Assembly (NCBI RefSeq): GCF_003704095.1
Contig: NW_020844984.1
Coordinates: forward strand, 310,001 to 374,000
Source of the DNA: Pocillopora damicornis
Taxonomy: Eukaryota
Direction of reading: 5' to 3'
Length of the DNA: 64,000 bases
The position numbers and the translations under genes were made by a program. Shown here in pieces: positions 1 through 12,452 of this stretch (positions within the stretch are counted from its first letter, which is position 1; each line of letters opens with the position of its first letter). Under the pieces are notes generated by a model. The model saw only the letters and a program-made list of their open reading frames with translations, did not search any database and was not told where the DNA came from.

Positions 1-1747
1 CGAGAGGATCAGCAGCCGACAGAAGGAGCCAAAATGCGAGAGGGGCCCGCTCAGGGTACACCACAGGGTGCCCTGGCCATGCACCCCAGTTCTTCACGCC
101 AAGTTATCCAGTCATCAGAGAACAGGGATCGTGTCGCGCCATCTAACGAGCATCTGAAGAGGGTGCCCGGAAAAGGGCCCTATGATGGAATGGGAGGGCG
201 GCCAAATTTCGATACTTCCTCTGGGCGAGGGTCTTTCGGTGTTTCTCCAAACGAAGGGTTAGATAGATTAGGAGCACAAGGAGATCCTCTTCATCTGGAA
301 ATGCACGATCGTGCATTTAGAATGAATTTTAACAATAAAAAAAATTTAGGTAACGCTGCGGAGAGTGTAATAAAGAAAGTTCCTCAGAACAGCGCTCCCG
401 AAGCGGATGTTTACAAGAAAATGCCATTGCTAACCCCGATAAAAGAACCACCCGGCAATGATGTAGAGGACAAACGTTCCCGAGCGAAAACATTGGAAAG
501 TGTATCTGAAAATGGACATTTAGAACCTGGTAAAACGGAGGCTGTTCCTCAGCGGATGCCCCCTGCAAATATGAACAAAGATCCTCCTAAGGGGGCAGAG
601 ACTGCGGCGCCTTTCAAGAGTTGGCCTGACTTTCAACCGGGTAGTTTTCTTCAAGAACTTAACGATGTCGGCCCTCCATCTTCAGGGGGCGTAGACAACA
701 AACCTGCGCCCGAAAGAAATCATCGTCTCCCTTTCACTTCAATGCTGAGGGGAATAAACCCATCACAAGCCAGTCCGGAGAATCGCGGTCAGTACTTAGC
801 CTTGGAGGCAGCAAATCGGGAGAGAATACGGGAAAATATGATGGCTGGTAATTTTCTGCACAGCCCAGAGGAGAAACACGAGAGATTTAATCCTACGCGT
901 GTCGCGGACATGAGTTCGTATGCGGCCATGTACGGAAACAAGCGCCCGTCAGACGTTTTACCTCCGCTGCAGTACAGACCTAACTTATCTGCTATGGCGC
1001 ATCAACGAAACATTGAATCTGCGCAAATGCAACAGGGTGGAAATTCTCAATTTGTGGACCTGAATTCCATGCAATATCGTTACCCGTCCGGACTACCCTC
1101 CAGGGAGTCTCTTACGAGAGAGCAGATGTACTTCTTAGAGCAGCAGCAACGTCGACAGCATATGGCATCTTCTATGGATGCCATGATGGCTGGGGGCCAG
1201 CCTGAGCGTATGATTGGATTCGGTGGTATGTTACGTCAACAACAACTGTTTAATGCGGCGTACGCAAGTCATATGAGGAACGGCGAGTTTCCAGGATATC
1301 CGAATGAAGGTGGGCAGTTAGATGATATTTTGGATTTTTTCGTCATAGTCTTAGACATAAGTGATAAGTTTATTGTGATAGTTAAGACTTTTATCCTTAG
1401 AATTAAAATTTGGAAACAACTTTGTACGCTTTCTGTGTAGCAATCTTGTGGTTCTCTTCGAGCTAAGTCTGAGGAAGGTGAGGTGAGAGAAGTCACGCAC
1501 AATTTTCATACACACACGTTTAACTGGTAAGAATCAATTTGTATAGCTTAACAAGCATTACCACTTAAGACACCGCTTGGTGGCTTTTATTTTATGGATT
1601 TCATACCAAGGTGTCATCGATAGACCTGTTGGTTTGAGCCTACTTTTTAATTATTTTACTTGTCATAGAGAAGTAATTTACTCAGTCTTTTTTTTTTTTC
1701 TCTTCATCTACCCAGAAATCCCCTCCAAGATGGCAAGATTCAGTTGA
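1..1747 (+). CDS. 3' end of an unidentified multi-exon gene encoding a Pro/Gly/Gln/Met-rich low-complexity protein (exons <1-1309 and 1716-1747)
   Basis: Frame is open from base 1 and GC-rich to 1309. GC content drops at the donor AAG|GTGGGC (1310). A long poly-T tract and CAG acceptor end at 1715. The phase-1 join gives ...YPNE-EIPSKMARFS* (TGA 1745-1747). No domain recognised. Confidence 0.8.
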
Positions 1748-2695
1748 CAGGATAAACATCGTTCGACTCCCAACAAAAAATATTTTTCTCATGATATTCA
1801 CCAATCGTAATAAAGCAACAATACGAAAGAGTAGTTAACACAGTTCAGTAGTCCTTTTAAAAGTAATTTACCACAAATTTTGTTTTATGACTAATTCTAG
1901 TACAGTCAAGTCAAATTTTCCTTATTCTTGGTGTCCAGTTAAATCTTAGTTAGCTTGTGAGGCCAGTCTAGGAAATTTTATTATTGCAAATGTGGCAAGC
2001 TATATTAAAAAAGTGTAGCAGTGTAGGTAGAACTTTAAAGTTAGGAAGCTTGGAATTGAGATGATAATATAAATTGCGTTTAGATGTTTCAAGTTGATAA
2101 CGTATGACATTTTCTTGTCGGATATAGGGTACTTACCAGTACGTGCCTCTGTCGACGCTAATATTTGCATTTCTCAGTGTACCAGTTACTGTTGGCAAGA
2201 GATTTATTAAGAATCGTCAGCTTGTTTTGAGCAGTTCTCTTCATGCATAGTTCTACTTCTGATTCTTTTCCATGTATCGTATTTCACTTGTTGATTGTTC
2301 AACAAATTGATCGCAGTGTTTTTGTCGCGTGTAACTCTTGAAGGACACCAAATCAAAGTCTATTTCCAGTGGCAAATTTTTTAAATCTGAGATATTTGTA
2401 AGAAATGACTACCAGAACTTGAACTTCTTTCGTATTTATTTTGTACCTTTGTATATTTATACTCTTCCATAGTAAATTTTTAACTATCCAGGCAAATAAA
2501 TACTGATTGTAACATAACCCGTATTTCTTTGTCCAAAAGCTTGTCGGTGGCCTTCAAACTTACTTTGCTAATTAAAGAAATCATGCATTTTATTGCGAGT
2601 GAATTGGTTGTTTGAGAGTTTATCTTGTTTGCGCTACGATAAGTCGTTGATGTACTCGGATATAGAGCCATTTGTATATCAGATGTCTGCATCTA

Positions 2696-2767
2696 CAGTT
2701 GGACAAATTTGGCGCAAAAATTTCATCGCTTCACTTTTAGTTTCGCGCCAAATTTTAAACGCGACTG
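2696..2767. mobile_element. Tiny TA-flanked inverted-repeat element (Tc1/mariner-type MITE remnant)
   Basis: TA|CAGTTG..AATTTGGCGC ... GCGCCAAATT..CGACTG|TA. Confidence 0.45.
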
Positions 2768-3373
2768 TACTACAGCACTGTAGTATAAAATACTTGCGGA
2801 TTCGTCTCCGAGGAATCGCCAGACTTCAGTAAGCGAAAAGCGGATGAAACATTTTACCGTCCTATGGACGAATTTACCCTAAAACATCAATAGAAGGCAA
2901 GATAAAGGTACGATTTCTGATTATTCTCGACTTAAGAAGTCCTATTTCACCGAGTCAGGAGGCAATACCAATTCACATGTGTCAGTGAAAATTTGCTGAA
3001 TTCAAATCCACTTACTGTACTTAAACGGTAGCAAATATAATTGTCTTTTCCCAAATGAATTAGGGATCATTTGTATACTTGTTAATCATAAGCAAGTGTT
3101 CGGCTAAATTCTGCTTATGAATTCCTATACTAAGATGTATGATTTGTTCACCGGCAAAATGAGTTTCTCTCGAACAGACCGTCCTCAAACCGCTTTCCTC
3201 GACCTTAAAAGCCGGTTACGGTGTACATGACACAAAATTTTGTACACTGTCTTTAGGTAACTAGATATATAATAAAGATAAAGGGTCTGAGAGTTAGGAT
3301 TCTTCAAAAATACTTTTAGGTATTTTTTTTCCGTTCGTACTTCGATTTGTCCCCTCGACCGCGCGGCCAAAAA

Positions 3374-3432
3374 GTCACGTGAGCTGAGGTTGTGACGTCA
3401 GGTTGTTGTTCTATCACTTGACAACATGGCGG
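3374..3432 (+). promoter_or_regulatory. Promoter-like motif cluster ahead of the THAP relic
   Basis: E-box GTCACGTGA (~3374), full CRE TGACGTCA (3393-3400), and YY1-like AACATGGCGG over the ATG. Confidence 0.45.
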
Positions 3433-3730
3433 AAAAGAAAAAGCCAAAGAGGAACGGTTGACGCCATTGTGTCGCCGGAGCGCCCAACAATCAAAGCTGT
3501 ACGAACATCAACTACACGGCAGACATCTCGATTGAATTTCCTGAGGGAAATGGGTCAAATTTGTGCGACGGCACCGAGTAGATTTCAAAGAGCCGATTTC
3601 AAAGCATGCCTCATTGTGTTCGGTGCATTTCGAGCGAAGTTGTTACAAAAACAGCTTGGCATTCTCACTGAAGGGTATGGCGAACACGTAGCGGAATCCT
3701 CATCAAGGGCTCTATTCCCACAATACACGC
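3426..3730 (+). pseudogene. Degenerate THAP zinc-finger ORF, probably DNA-transposon derived
   Basis: Read across frames: MAEKKKPKRNG*RHCVAGAPNNQSCTN..ISIEFP / KWVKFVRRHRVDFKEPISKHASLCSVHFERSCY..* / ILIKGSIPTIHA. This matches THAP C2CH with the FP, W, LCSxHF and (AV)PTI-type boxes. It carries two stops and two frameshifts. Confidence 0.8.
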
Positions 3731-4375
3731 CACATTATTCTTAAGAGACCAATTATACTGCATTACCAAAATGTATGGTTGACTGTAGGTGATTTGTTGA
3801 TTGGATAAACAACTTTCTTACAATTTACGTTGGGTTGCTTGGCAGCCAGGATTTTTACTTTATCTTTGACACTCACCACAGTCTCAGCAGAACTTTCCAC
3901 TGTCTTCTCATCTGGTGGAGTGACTGACGATCTATTTAATAACAAAATGACACTTTATCCCCAAAAAGTGCCTATAATCTGAGTTCTCCCTACAGCATCA
4001 ATACTCAATCAAAAATTGAAACCATGAAAATAAGAAAAATGATTGCAAACTGAATAAGCTTGTCATTCTCCTTGTCCGTACCATAAGAAATGTTACGGCA
4101 ATAGTATGGAGAAAATAAATATTGATGTCAGGATGTAAAGGGTTAGGAGACAGGAAACCTCTTTGGATTGCATTATTGTCAGACAAACTAAACAGTTAAA
4201 GAAAGTTTCAAATATAGAAAATAATCATTGTTTACTACCCATGATATCAGACTCAAAGAAGACAAACGAATCGGTGAATGCTGAATTTTAATTCCGTTCA
4301 ATTTGTTGACACAAATGACCTGCAGACATTTCCTAGATATTTCCATATAGCGCGTTGAAATTTTGCCGTCAAGTT

Positions 4376-5365
4376 CTACGCACATTTAATTAAAGTTTTG
4401 ACAGCTTGTCGAAACTCCTTTCGATAAAAACAGTATATTAGGGGATTCATGGATGATTGCAATAAAAGAAAAGTCACAGAAATTTTTCGGAGGATAGGAG
4501 TTACCAATTCTGGATGGTTGAAGAGATAAAAAGCGTAATGAACTGTTCTGGGTAACCAACAGGCTACGAAAATAACAACTATTAAAACACAAGAAAGAGT
4601 TCCTTTTCGTAACTGAAGATACTGCATACGAGTTTGCTTTTTCCACCAGACTCCACAACTGGTGCTGTTGAGCACTGTTACCTTTTGTCTTTGTTTTTTG
4701 ATGGCGATCAAAATTGTTATGTTTATAACGGACACGATTACTATCGGAAGTATGACAAAGACGATGAGTAAGATGTATGAATAAGTTCTGTTGAGCTCCT
4801 CTACAACGTTCTCCGGCCGAGTGTGGGACCAAATGTTCCTGAGCGAGGCGAGAAACAGTGGAGTGAGCCACACAACCGATAAAATCACACGGAGTTTTCT
4901 TCGCGACATTTTGACCTGGTATTTGAGTGGCTGAAAGATGGCCAGATGTCTGTCGTATGAGATGGCAAGTAAATTGAATGTGGACGTGAGGAGGCACACA
5001 TCTTTGCCACCTTCGAAAAACCAACAAAATTTACTCAAGTTGTAAGAGCAACCAGTGCAAAAGGTGGCATAACCAGGCGTTACTATCACGGCCATTGCAG
5101 CGTCGCAAATGGCCAAGCTCAGCAGAAGCAAATTCATGTAGCTCCGCCTGAGGGTTTCGAACCGTAAAAACGTTGCGCAAGTGAGGGAATTTCCCAGCAG
5201 GATAAGAACACCGAATACACTGTTTATGATCCAAAAAGCGAAGTCAAGCTCTCGGCTACAGTCTCCATTAGACTCGAGTTCACCTGAGGGTGGGTTAAAG
5301 TCTGGAAAATGTACCGAATAATGGCTAGAAAACATAGTTGAATTATTTGAAGACACTTGCGACAT
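4376..5365 (-). CDS. Class A (rhodopsin-like) orphan GPCR, cluster member 1, 329 aa, intronless
   Basis: 7 hydrophobic helices; GN (TM1), LAICD (TM2), DRH, W4.50, CWLP, NPLIY, helix 8 FRQA; N-terminal N-glycosylation sequons. Confidence 0.96.
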   Translation of the reverse strand: MSQVSSNNSTMFSSHYSVHFPDFNPPSGELESNGDCSRELDFAFWIINSVFGVLILLGNSLTCATFLRFETLRRSYMNLLLLSLAICDAAMAVIVTPGYATFCTGCSYNLSKFCWFFEGGKDVCLLTSTFNLLAISYDRHLAIFQPLKYQVKMSRRKLRVILSVVWLTPLFLASLRNIWSHTRPENVVEELNRTYSYILLIVFVILPIVIVSVINITILIAIKKQRQKVTVLNSTSCGVWWKKQTRMQYLQLRKGTLSCVLIVVIFVACWLPRTVHYAFYLFNHPELVTPILRKISVTFLLLQSSMNPLIYCFYRKEFRQAVKTLIKCA

Positions 5366-6277
5366 CGCCAGTTATAATATAGCGAAAAAAGAAAAAAATT
5401 AATGCGTCTCCGTCAGCAGGTCAAAAGCAACTAAATGGAAAAAGGACCTTTCGTCGCATTTAACCAAGCAAGCAAGCACAAAATTTAATGCAACGGATAA
5501 GCATGACTTGTTATAGCACTATTAGCTTCATTCAGCTATTCCGGTAGTTGTTTTCAGGCACGCTTAGGACTAAAATTGTAAATAACAGCCGCACAAGGTG
5601 TAGAACAAATTGAACGTTGACGTCATACGCAAAAGCTGTGAGAAATGTTACAGATGTCAAACAAAGAGAGAGCAATAATATGTGACTTTACAATCGCAAT
5701 TTTAATTTTGAAACTTCCGTTGCAGCATTAGAATAAACATCAGAAGAATCACTTAGTTTCCCAAAGCGCTTTGGCTTGCTGAAAGGTGCACGTGTTTGAA
5801 ATGGTATTGAACATGTATAAACACGCGCGAGTCACATGATCACTGAATAGTTCCGCCTACAGAAGAAAAACGTGAATTGACTTCAAGATATATATGTTAT
5901 AATTCGCGCTGAAAGGTTCAGGGAAGCTCGTGGACAGCTATACCCGTTTTGATAACGTAAACGGCGTCATTTAGACTTTGTCGCTTTCCCAATATCTATT
6001 GCATTTAGATGGATCCTGACAGACCTTCTCAGTTCACTGCCAACCAGCCCTTTGGTTAAAATTTCTCTTTTTCAACGACCTCATCGGCTAGAAACGTAGG
6101 CTCGCTGCTATTCATTCCTCATGCATCTCACAAATAACAAATGTCATTAAATTTTCGCGCCCAATTTGAAGTGTTAAACAGCGGAAATTGGAGTAGTGAG
6201 AACCAAGAGTACAGAATTAATGGAAATATTTCGTCTCATTTCAAAGTTAAACAGATACCGATTTTGTAAGTGGCGCT

Positions 6278-6525
6278 GGATTTAAAGGGACTTTAAAAAG
6301 GCATTCTAAGAACTTCAAAATTGCAAATTTAAAGGAACTTGAGAGGGACAATGTAAAGGAGCGAAAAATTGGCGTCAATTCTAAGGGATCTTAAGAGGCT
6401 ACTTTCATGAACTTAAAAGAGGCGAAGGGACTTAGAGTGGCGTATTAAAGAACTTAAGATGGCTATTTTAAAGGTCTTAAACGTGAAAATTTAAGGAACT
6501 CAAAAAGGCGATTTAAAGGAACTCG
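6278..6525. repeat. Degenerate ~22-24 bp minisatellite (consensus ~ATTTAAAGGAACTTAAAAAGGCG)
   Basis: About 10 imperfect copies of the AAAGG(G/A)ACTT core. Confidence 0.55.
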
Positions 6526-7084
6526 CTATATTTACAATGTTGATTTAGATAGGGCGATACAAAAGCCTTCATCAAGTTTAGCGATTTTGCGCTCAGTTAC
6601 AGTTATAGATCCGACTGAACAATACTCAGTATAGGCTTTACCAATTATGGAAAAACAGATAAAGCAACTCTCGTTGTCGCTCGAACACATTTGCTTATTT
6701 TCACGAATCCCCAAAACCTTACCGTTCTGAGAAAATTTAGATCTGTAAAGCAAAAAACCGTCTGCTAGCCGGCGCGTACATTTCAGGAAACTCAGTTGCA
6801 TGTCAAGTATCAACCATTAAGTGGTGAGTTCCAGAAAATTTCTTTTGTCCTTTGCTAATGGCTGATCTTATATCTTGGTTACAGAGATAATCGTAACTGC
6901 CACTTAGTTATCTTTGAAGTTATCAGTGGTTTAGAGGGAAGCATTTTTTACGGCCTATTACCGAAAAAAAAAACTACAAGCTAAAATTTTTACGGAATAA
7001 TATCGCCTTTTCGCACATATCTGACAGACGAAAAGACAAAAACGGACACAATTTCTATATACACTCCTTAAATGAATGATACAA

Positions 7085-8134
7085 TCAACGCTGCCTTTTT
7101 ATCAGCCGACGGGCCGCTTGGCGGAAGTCGTTTCTATAGAAAGAATATATCGCAGGATTCACTGAAGATTGAAAGAAAAGAAAAAACAATGATAGTTTCA
7201 CAAGTAAAGGACTCGTTAAATCTCTTCGACCAAAAAGGATGCATATATTTAGGAACTGCCTTGGAAGCCACGAAATAATGAATATTAAAACAACTAAAAC
7301 ACACGACATTGTTCCCTTTTTTCGGCGATATGCGTTCCTCCGATTTTGCTCAATGATAGTTATGTTACTTGTAAATTCTTGGTTAAGCCCCGAAGTTGGT
7401 GCAGGGTCGGTGTGAGAGAGCGACCTACCCTCAATCATGTCTACATGGATTCGCTTTCCATGACTCTTGATGGTTCTCATAATCTTTAGGTTAACGATGA
7501 GCAAAATAGGAACCGGCGAGAACCCAAACACGGTGGAAAGGATTGCATTATAAACCAACTCAGCATTTTTAACGGCTTGTGATTCCCATGAATGCTGCCA
7601 AATGCTCCTTACAGACGAAACAATAAGAGGTGTTACCCAAACGGCGACAAGAACGGAGAAGACTTTGCGTTTCGTCATTGTCGATGCGTATTGCAGAGGT
7701 CGTAGAACAGCCAAGTATCTATCGTAAGTAATGGCCAAAAGGTTTAGGACTGTCGCTGGAAAAGCGATATCTCTAGCACCTCCAAATAACCAACAATATT
7801 CGCTCCACTTGTAAGTGCAGCCGCTGCAAAATGCAGCAAATCCAGGCACGACTAGAAGCCCCATTAAAATGTCAGCGACAGCCAAACTTACGAGGTAGAT
7901 ATTCATGTAATTCTGTCTTAAATGAGATCTGGACAGGAATACAACACACGTGAAAGTATTTCCAAGTAAGATGGCTGCCCCGATGATACCGTTCACAACC
8001 CAAAAAAGAAGGTCAAGCTGAAAGCTGCAATCGAGATTATTATTCCCAGATATATTTTGAGTGTGCATCGTCTCGCTCGGGGTCGACAAAGTAGACAGCG
8101 CGGAGTCAGGATCCCAAAAATTCGAGAAATTCAT
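7085..8134 (-). CDS. Class A orphan GPCR, cluster member 2, 349 aa, intronless
   Basis: 7TM; GN, LAVAD, DRY, SWLP, NPAIY, FRQA. Confidence 0.96.
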   Translation of the reverse strand: MNFSNFWDPDSALSTLSTPSETMHTQNISGNNNLDCSFQLDLLFWVVNGIIGAAILLGNTFTCVVFLSRSHLRQNYMNIYLVSLAVADILMGLLVVPGFAAFCSGCTYKWSEYCWLFGGARDIAFPATVLNLLAITYDRYLAVLRPLQYASTMTKRKVFSVLVAVWVTPLIVSSVRSIWQHSWESQAVKNAELVYNAILSTVFGFSPVPILLIVNLKIMRTIKSHGKRIHVDMIEGRSLSHTDPAPTSGLNQEFTSNITIIEQNRRNAYRRKKGTMSCVLVVLIFIISWLPRQFLNICILFGRRDLTSPLLVKLSLFFLFFQSSVNPAIYSFYRNDFRQAARRLIKRQR

Positions 8135-8895
8135 GCCGATGAAAATAGAGTTTTAGTCTCCAAGTATATTATTCTTCTTCCAAAGAGAGAAGTTCTCTGA
8201 CAGAATCAATAGAACTAGCTTATTTTTCAAAGTGTTGTCTCTTCACATTTCTGCTTGCCCCTCAGCTTGAATCATTCATGCCATGCAGTTTCTTATCAAG
8301 CTTTTGTCAATCACCAATTTCATTTAACGAGACTGACGTATCAGGTTTGAATTCTAATCTACAAAGGAATCAAAGTCGAGGGTTAAAATCTCGAAAGAAA
8401 ATTCGCGCAAGCGTGTGATAACCTGTGGCAGCTGCGGCAGTTTTCGGCATAGAGGGCTCAGGTGTTAATTGGTTCTTTTTTTCTGGTATATATTTTGAAA
8501 GCGTGTCCAAAACAGCTCCATTCAACGTGCTTGGCTTTAAACATTGAATTTTGAATATAGCCTTATATCCAGTCTGTCAAATAATGTGTTAAACACCATG
8601 TGTCTAAATCGCTGAGTTTCAAGAATAAATTTCCAATTTATCTAATGTTCCCTTCAAAAAAATTTCACTTACTTCTAATTCAAATTCTGATTCATATTTA
8701 TTCAAAGAAAGGATGTTTGCTTTATGCGAATCATATCAAACTCTTTCCCCAGTGCGACGAACATTTGTTTTTCTCGGTTCCAGGTGTACGCAACCACTAA
8801 CCCCACGTAATGCGCATGCTCTCCGTTGCGAAATTTTCAAAATGGAGGACAAGCCAAAGAGGGAAATAAAAAAACAAAGCGATTTTGCAATGAAT

Positions 8896-8995
8896 NNNNN
8901 NNNNNNNNNNNNNNNNNNNNNNNNNNNNNNNNNNNNNNNNNNNNNNNNNNNNNNNNNNNNNNNNNNNNNNNNNNNNNNNNNNNNNNNNNNNNNNN
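8896..8995. other. Assembly gap (100 N, probably unknown size)
   Basis: Run of 100 N. Confidence 0.99.
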
Positions 8996-10681
8996 ATGTT
9001 AAGACTATTTGTACCTCATGAGTTTGATATGGAAAACCAGGAAATAAATTAGATAAAACTCATTTCGAAGATGAAGATTTGTGAGCATTTAACTTCTACA
9101 GAGTACTGTTGTTTTGAATTTAGCGATGACGGAAAACTTGAAACTGAGTGCTGAATTAAGCAGGAATTTTTTCAAAAATAGATTTGGAAGAAACTATATA
9201 CATGTTCTAGATGTTGTAACGGAGATCTATACTCCCACTGAATAAACATGACGGTCGAATAAATTTCAACTAAAGAACCGTACAAATAGATACTGGTCGT
9301 ATCATATTTACTTGATAACAAGATAGTTTGAAGATTATTATTCAGTTTTCTTTTTTCGTTCACAAGAGACAAGAACAAATTCTTGAAAAAACTTAATGAA
9401 AACGTTTCCATGCTATCTTCCCTATCCATAATGTTTGTTTTCAACGCATTTTGAACATATATCTGATAGTCTGAGTTAGCTTTGGAGTTGAATACGTTTT
9501 ATTGGTTTCAGTTTTTACTTTCAATTAGGATTTCTTCGATTTGACAATTTTTTTAGGGCAATTTTTTTTTTGTCACCGACAAAAACTTTGAAATTCTAAT
9601 CTTCGCCAGCTTTTAGGGAAGCCTAAGGGGAGCGCAGATATAAAGATTTGGAACGTTGTCATGTTGTGTACAACGAGGATTTAAGTTACTTGGTACTCAA
9701 ACGTATATCAGTTGAACTGAAACATGAAGCTTAGAAGAGAGTGATCACATACAATCTTATGTTAGAAATTAGGTGTCCAGAGCCTCTGATGAACCCTTTA
9801 ACTGCATGTGTTTGATAGAAATTCTATCGTTAAATGTAAAACGCTTACCGGCCGATTACTCGCGGGTAATCTGTTAATTTTTCTACAAACAGTGGTTGAT
9901 GCGGGTTATAGGAAGGTGTGAGTAATACGATAATTTTTAAAGCATCCGGTCTAGTTTAAAGACTATAAGCAAGAAGAAAACAGAGATGATAAAATCCACT
10001 TAAGATGCTCTTCAAAAATCGTGCGCAATGACTCATTTATTTCGCGCAGATTGTTTATTATAATAAGAGACTCGAATGCTCTCGACGAAAGCCGATGCAA
10101 ATCGAAAACATACCCTTACCTTGTCAATTTCAAAGCTTGTTTCTTTGTTAATTTCAAAAACCCTTAACCTATTTTTTTGTACCTTTGTGGTATATAATAA
10201 AACAATTATTTACCTCAGTGAATACCACCACGATTCACCTCCGCTTCGGTGAATAATTATTATCTACATCATTAATAAATGATGGTTCAATTTTAAGAGC
10301 TTTGAAACTTACAAAATTGTCAGCTTTCAATCCCAAATATTAGAGTTTTTTAAATCGTATTATTAGTGATGCCATGTATACTTTGTATTAATTACAACCA
10401 GTAGGGAATAAAGCCAGAGAATATTATTAACTCGAATTAAAGACGTAGGAAATTTTGGAACCCTTGGAATATGATGTTGATATTTAACCTACAACAACAA
10501 GGGTTGGTGACGATATTCCATTTTTTGTGCCTGTGAAAAATTTTCATCATAAAGTAATGAGCGTTCTTAACAAATACATAATTTCTTAGTTTGTTTTGTC
10601 TCTGTAATTTATTAATTTCCAGTGCTTTTCAATCATTGAGGTTACCCGCCATTCAGGCTTCGATCAAACTCATACGAAAAT

Positions 10682-10771
10682 GGGGTAATTTAGTGTTATC
10701 AACTGAGTTGACAACGTAAATGGGCCACCGTAAAGAGTTTAAGGGCAGACGTTTCAGCCCTTCGTCAGAGT
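10682..10771 (-). mobile_element. Penelope-like repeat fragment with a decayed hammerhead-ribozyme core
   Basis: GGGTAATTT..TTATCAACTGAGTTGA..GGCCACCGTAAAGAG family, also at ~37376, 40421, 48471 and 49261. The minus strand reads CTGACGA-AGGGCT-GAAAC-GTC at 10748-10768. Confidence 0.6.
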
Positions 10772-11492
10772 GAAGTACGAAAATGGAAATTTTAATATGT
10801 TATGTTCGATGCACAATACACCGACTAAACTTTTTCCGCCTCATAGCACTTCAGCTGTCGTCCATTAAAGATATATTTCCTTTTCAGACGTCCCTAATAA
10901 TACACGAAAGATGTTATTTCGGAAATGAAAATACTCATGGATAAAGTGTATCTCAAAAATAACAAAAATTTTGTCCGTGTTAGTTCTCAGTTACAGGGTT
11001 TTTTAACTTTTAACGTTTGGGGTTGCGGAGAAGTGAAACTTTCAAATGAGCCGACCTTTTATTCCCAAAGACATTAACCTTGATAACACTTAGCTCCTTT
11101 GAGAACAAAGACACTCACCATCTAAATAAAATTTTGGAAGGGATTTATGGACCTGTCCAGTTATTTTAGATTGCTTTCTTTCAAACCGAAGGTGCTATTG
11201 TCGTGGGGTATCTCTACTTTTATCAAAAATTAAGATTCGTTGAAAGCGACTTCCTTCATGCAGTCGAACCTGTCCATAACACAAAGTAAAAACTTAAGCT
11301 CTTGCGCTAATGGGAGGGACTGCTTGGGATATATCAGTCGACGTGGAGTTTTCCTAAGAGGCAATTGACAACTAGTGTACCAATCGACAACTCTACTGGT
11401 TGGAACCTTTGATCAGGCTCCGGCAGTCTTCGCTCAAAGAATACCATCTACGTTTTGGTAAGAAATCAGTGACAACTGCCTGACGAGCCACT

Positions 11493-12452
11493 ATGATGTT
11501 TACGAACGATTCACTACAGCCGATGTCGAATGAAACCGAAAATCATTTGTCGTGCGATCAGATGTTAGAGAAGACATTCATAATCCTTAACTCCATTACA
11601 GGTGCAATCGTTGTTTTTGGTAATGCAGTGGTGTTTTTATCGATAGTGTTTACTTCGCGTCTTCGACAGCAAAAGGTGAACTTGTTTCTCGCGTCTTTGG
11701 CTATCGCGGACATGATAATGGGCGCATTTGTGGCTCCTGGCTATGCAACATTTTGCTTGGGTTGTAGGCAGTACGCGGTGAGTAATTACTGCTGGCTTCT
11801 TGAATTTCCGAAAGACGTTGTCCTCGCCGGGAGTATCACTAATCTATTCGCCATTTCCTTCGATCGCTATTTAGCAGTTTTCCGACCTCTCCAATACGAG
11901 AACGTTATGACCAGACGTCGATGTGTGAACATTCTAATCGCGGTGTGGAGCGTCTCAGTCAGCACTGCTGTCGTGCGCAGCACTCTCTATCTTACAATAA
12001 CTGGCCCCGAAATAACTGCCGTCAACGGGGTTTATAATAGCATACTCATGGCAGTTGTTCTCGTCACTCCTTCCGTACTAGTTTCCATTATCAACATCAA
12101 AATCATAATAGCGATCAGAGTACAAGGTCGTCAAGTGGCTGTGATGCGAAACCCACAGGATGTAAGTGAAGCTGAAAACCTTGAAGAAATTCGAGCAGAA
12201 GCGAGCCGGAAACGAAAAGGGACCATTGCTTGCGCCCTCGTGGTTATAATATTTGTGGTTTCGTGGATTCCACGGATCTCATTTAACATCCAATACCTAG
12301 TCAGTGGAGACACCCATGAAATTGACGCACTGCTGCAAAAGCTGTCTATGTTTTTCCTTCTGATGCAGTCTTCAGTGAATCCTTTCATATATTCGTTTTA
12401 CAGAGCTGACTTCCGACAAGCCGTCGCCAGATTACTGAGACTCGGTACTTAA
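11493..12452 (+). CDS. Class A orphan GPCR, cluster member 3, 319 aa, intronless
   Basis: 7TM; GN, LAIAD, DRY, SWIP, NPFIY, FRQA. Confidence 0.96.
   Translation: MMFTNDSLQPMSNETENHLSCDQMLEKTFIILNSITGAIVVFGNAVVFLSIVFTSRLRQQKVNLFLASLAIADMIMGAFVAPGYATFCLGCRQYAVSNYCWLLEFPKDVVLAGSITNLFAISFDRYLAVFRPLQYENVMTRRRCVNILIAVWSVSVSTAVVRSTLYLTITGPEITAVNGVYNSILMAVVLVTPSVLVSIINIKIIIAIRVQGRQVAVMRNPQDVSEAENLEEIRAEASRKRKGTIACALVVIIFVVSWIPRISFNIQYLVSGDTHEIDALLQKLSMFFLLMQSSVNPFIYSFYRADFRQAVARLLRLGT

Noticed and set aside
1310-1440. Hydrophobic C-terminus of the 468-aa ORF as a membrane anchor
   Set aside because: It is read-through into AT-rich intron sequence past the donor at 1310.
3403-3744. 113-aa ORF as an intact gene
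   Set aside because: It has a non-ATG start and is a different frame over the broken THAP relic.
4386-5027. 213-aa alternative-frame ORF and other short ORFs overlapping the GPCR genes
   Set aside because: Shadow frames of real coding sequence with no recognisable motifs.
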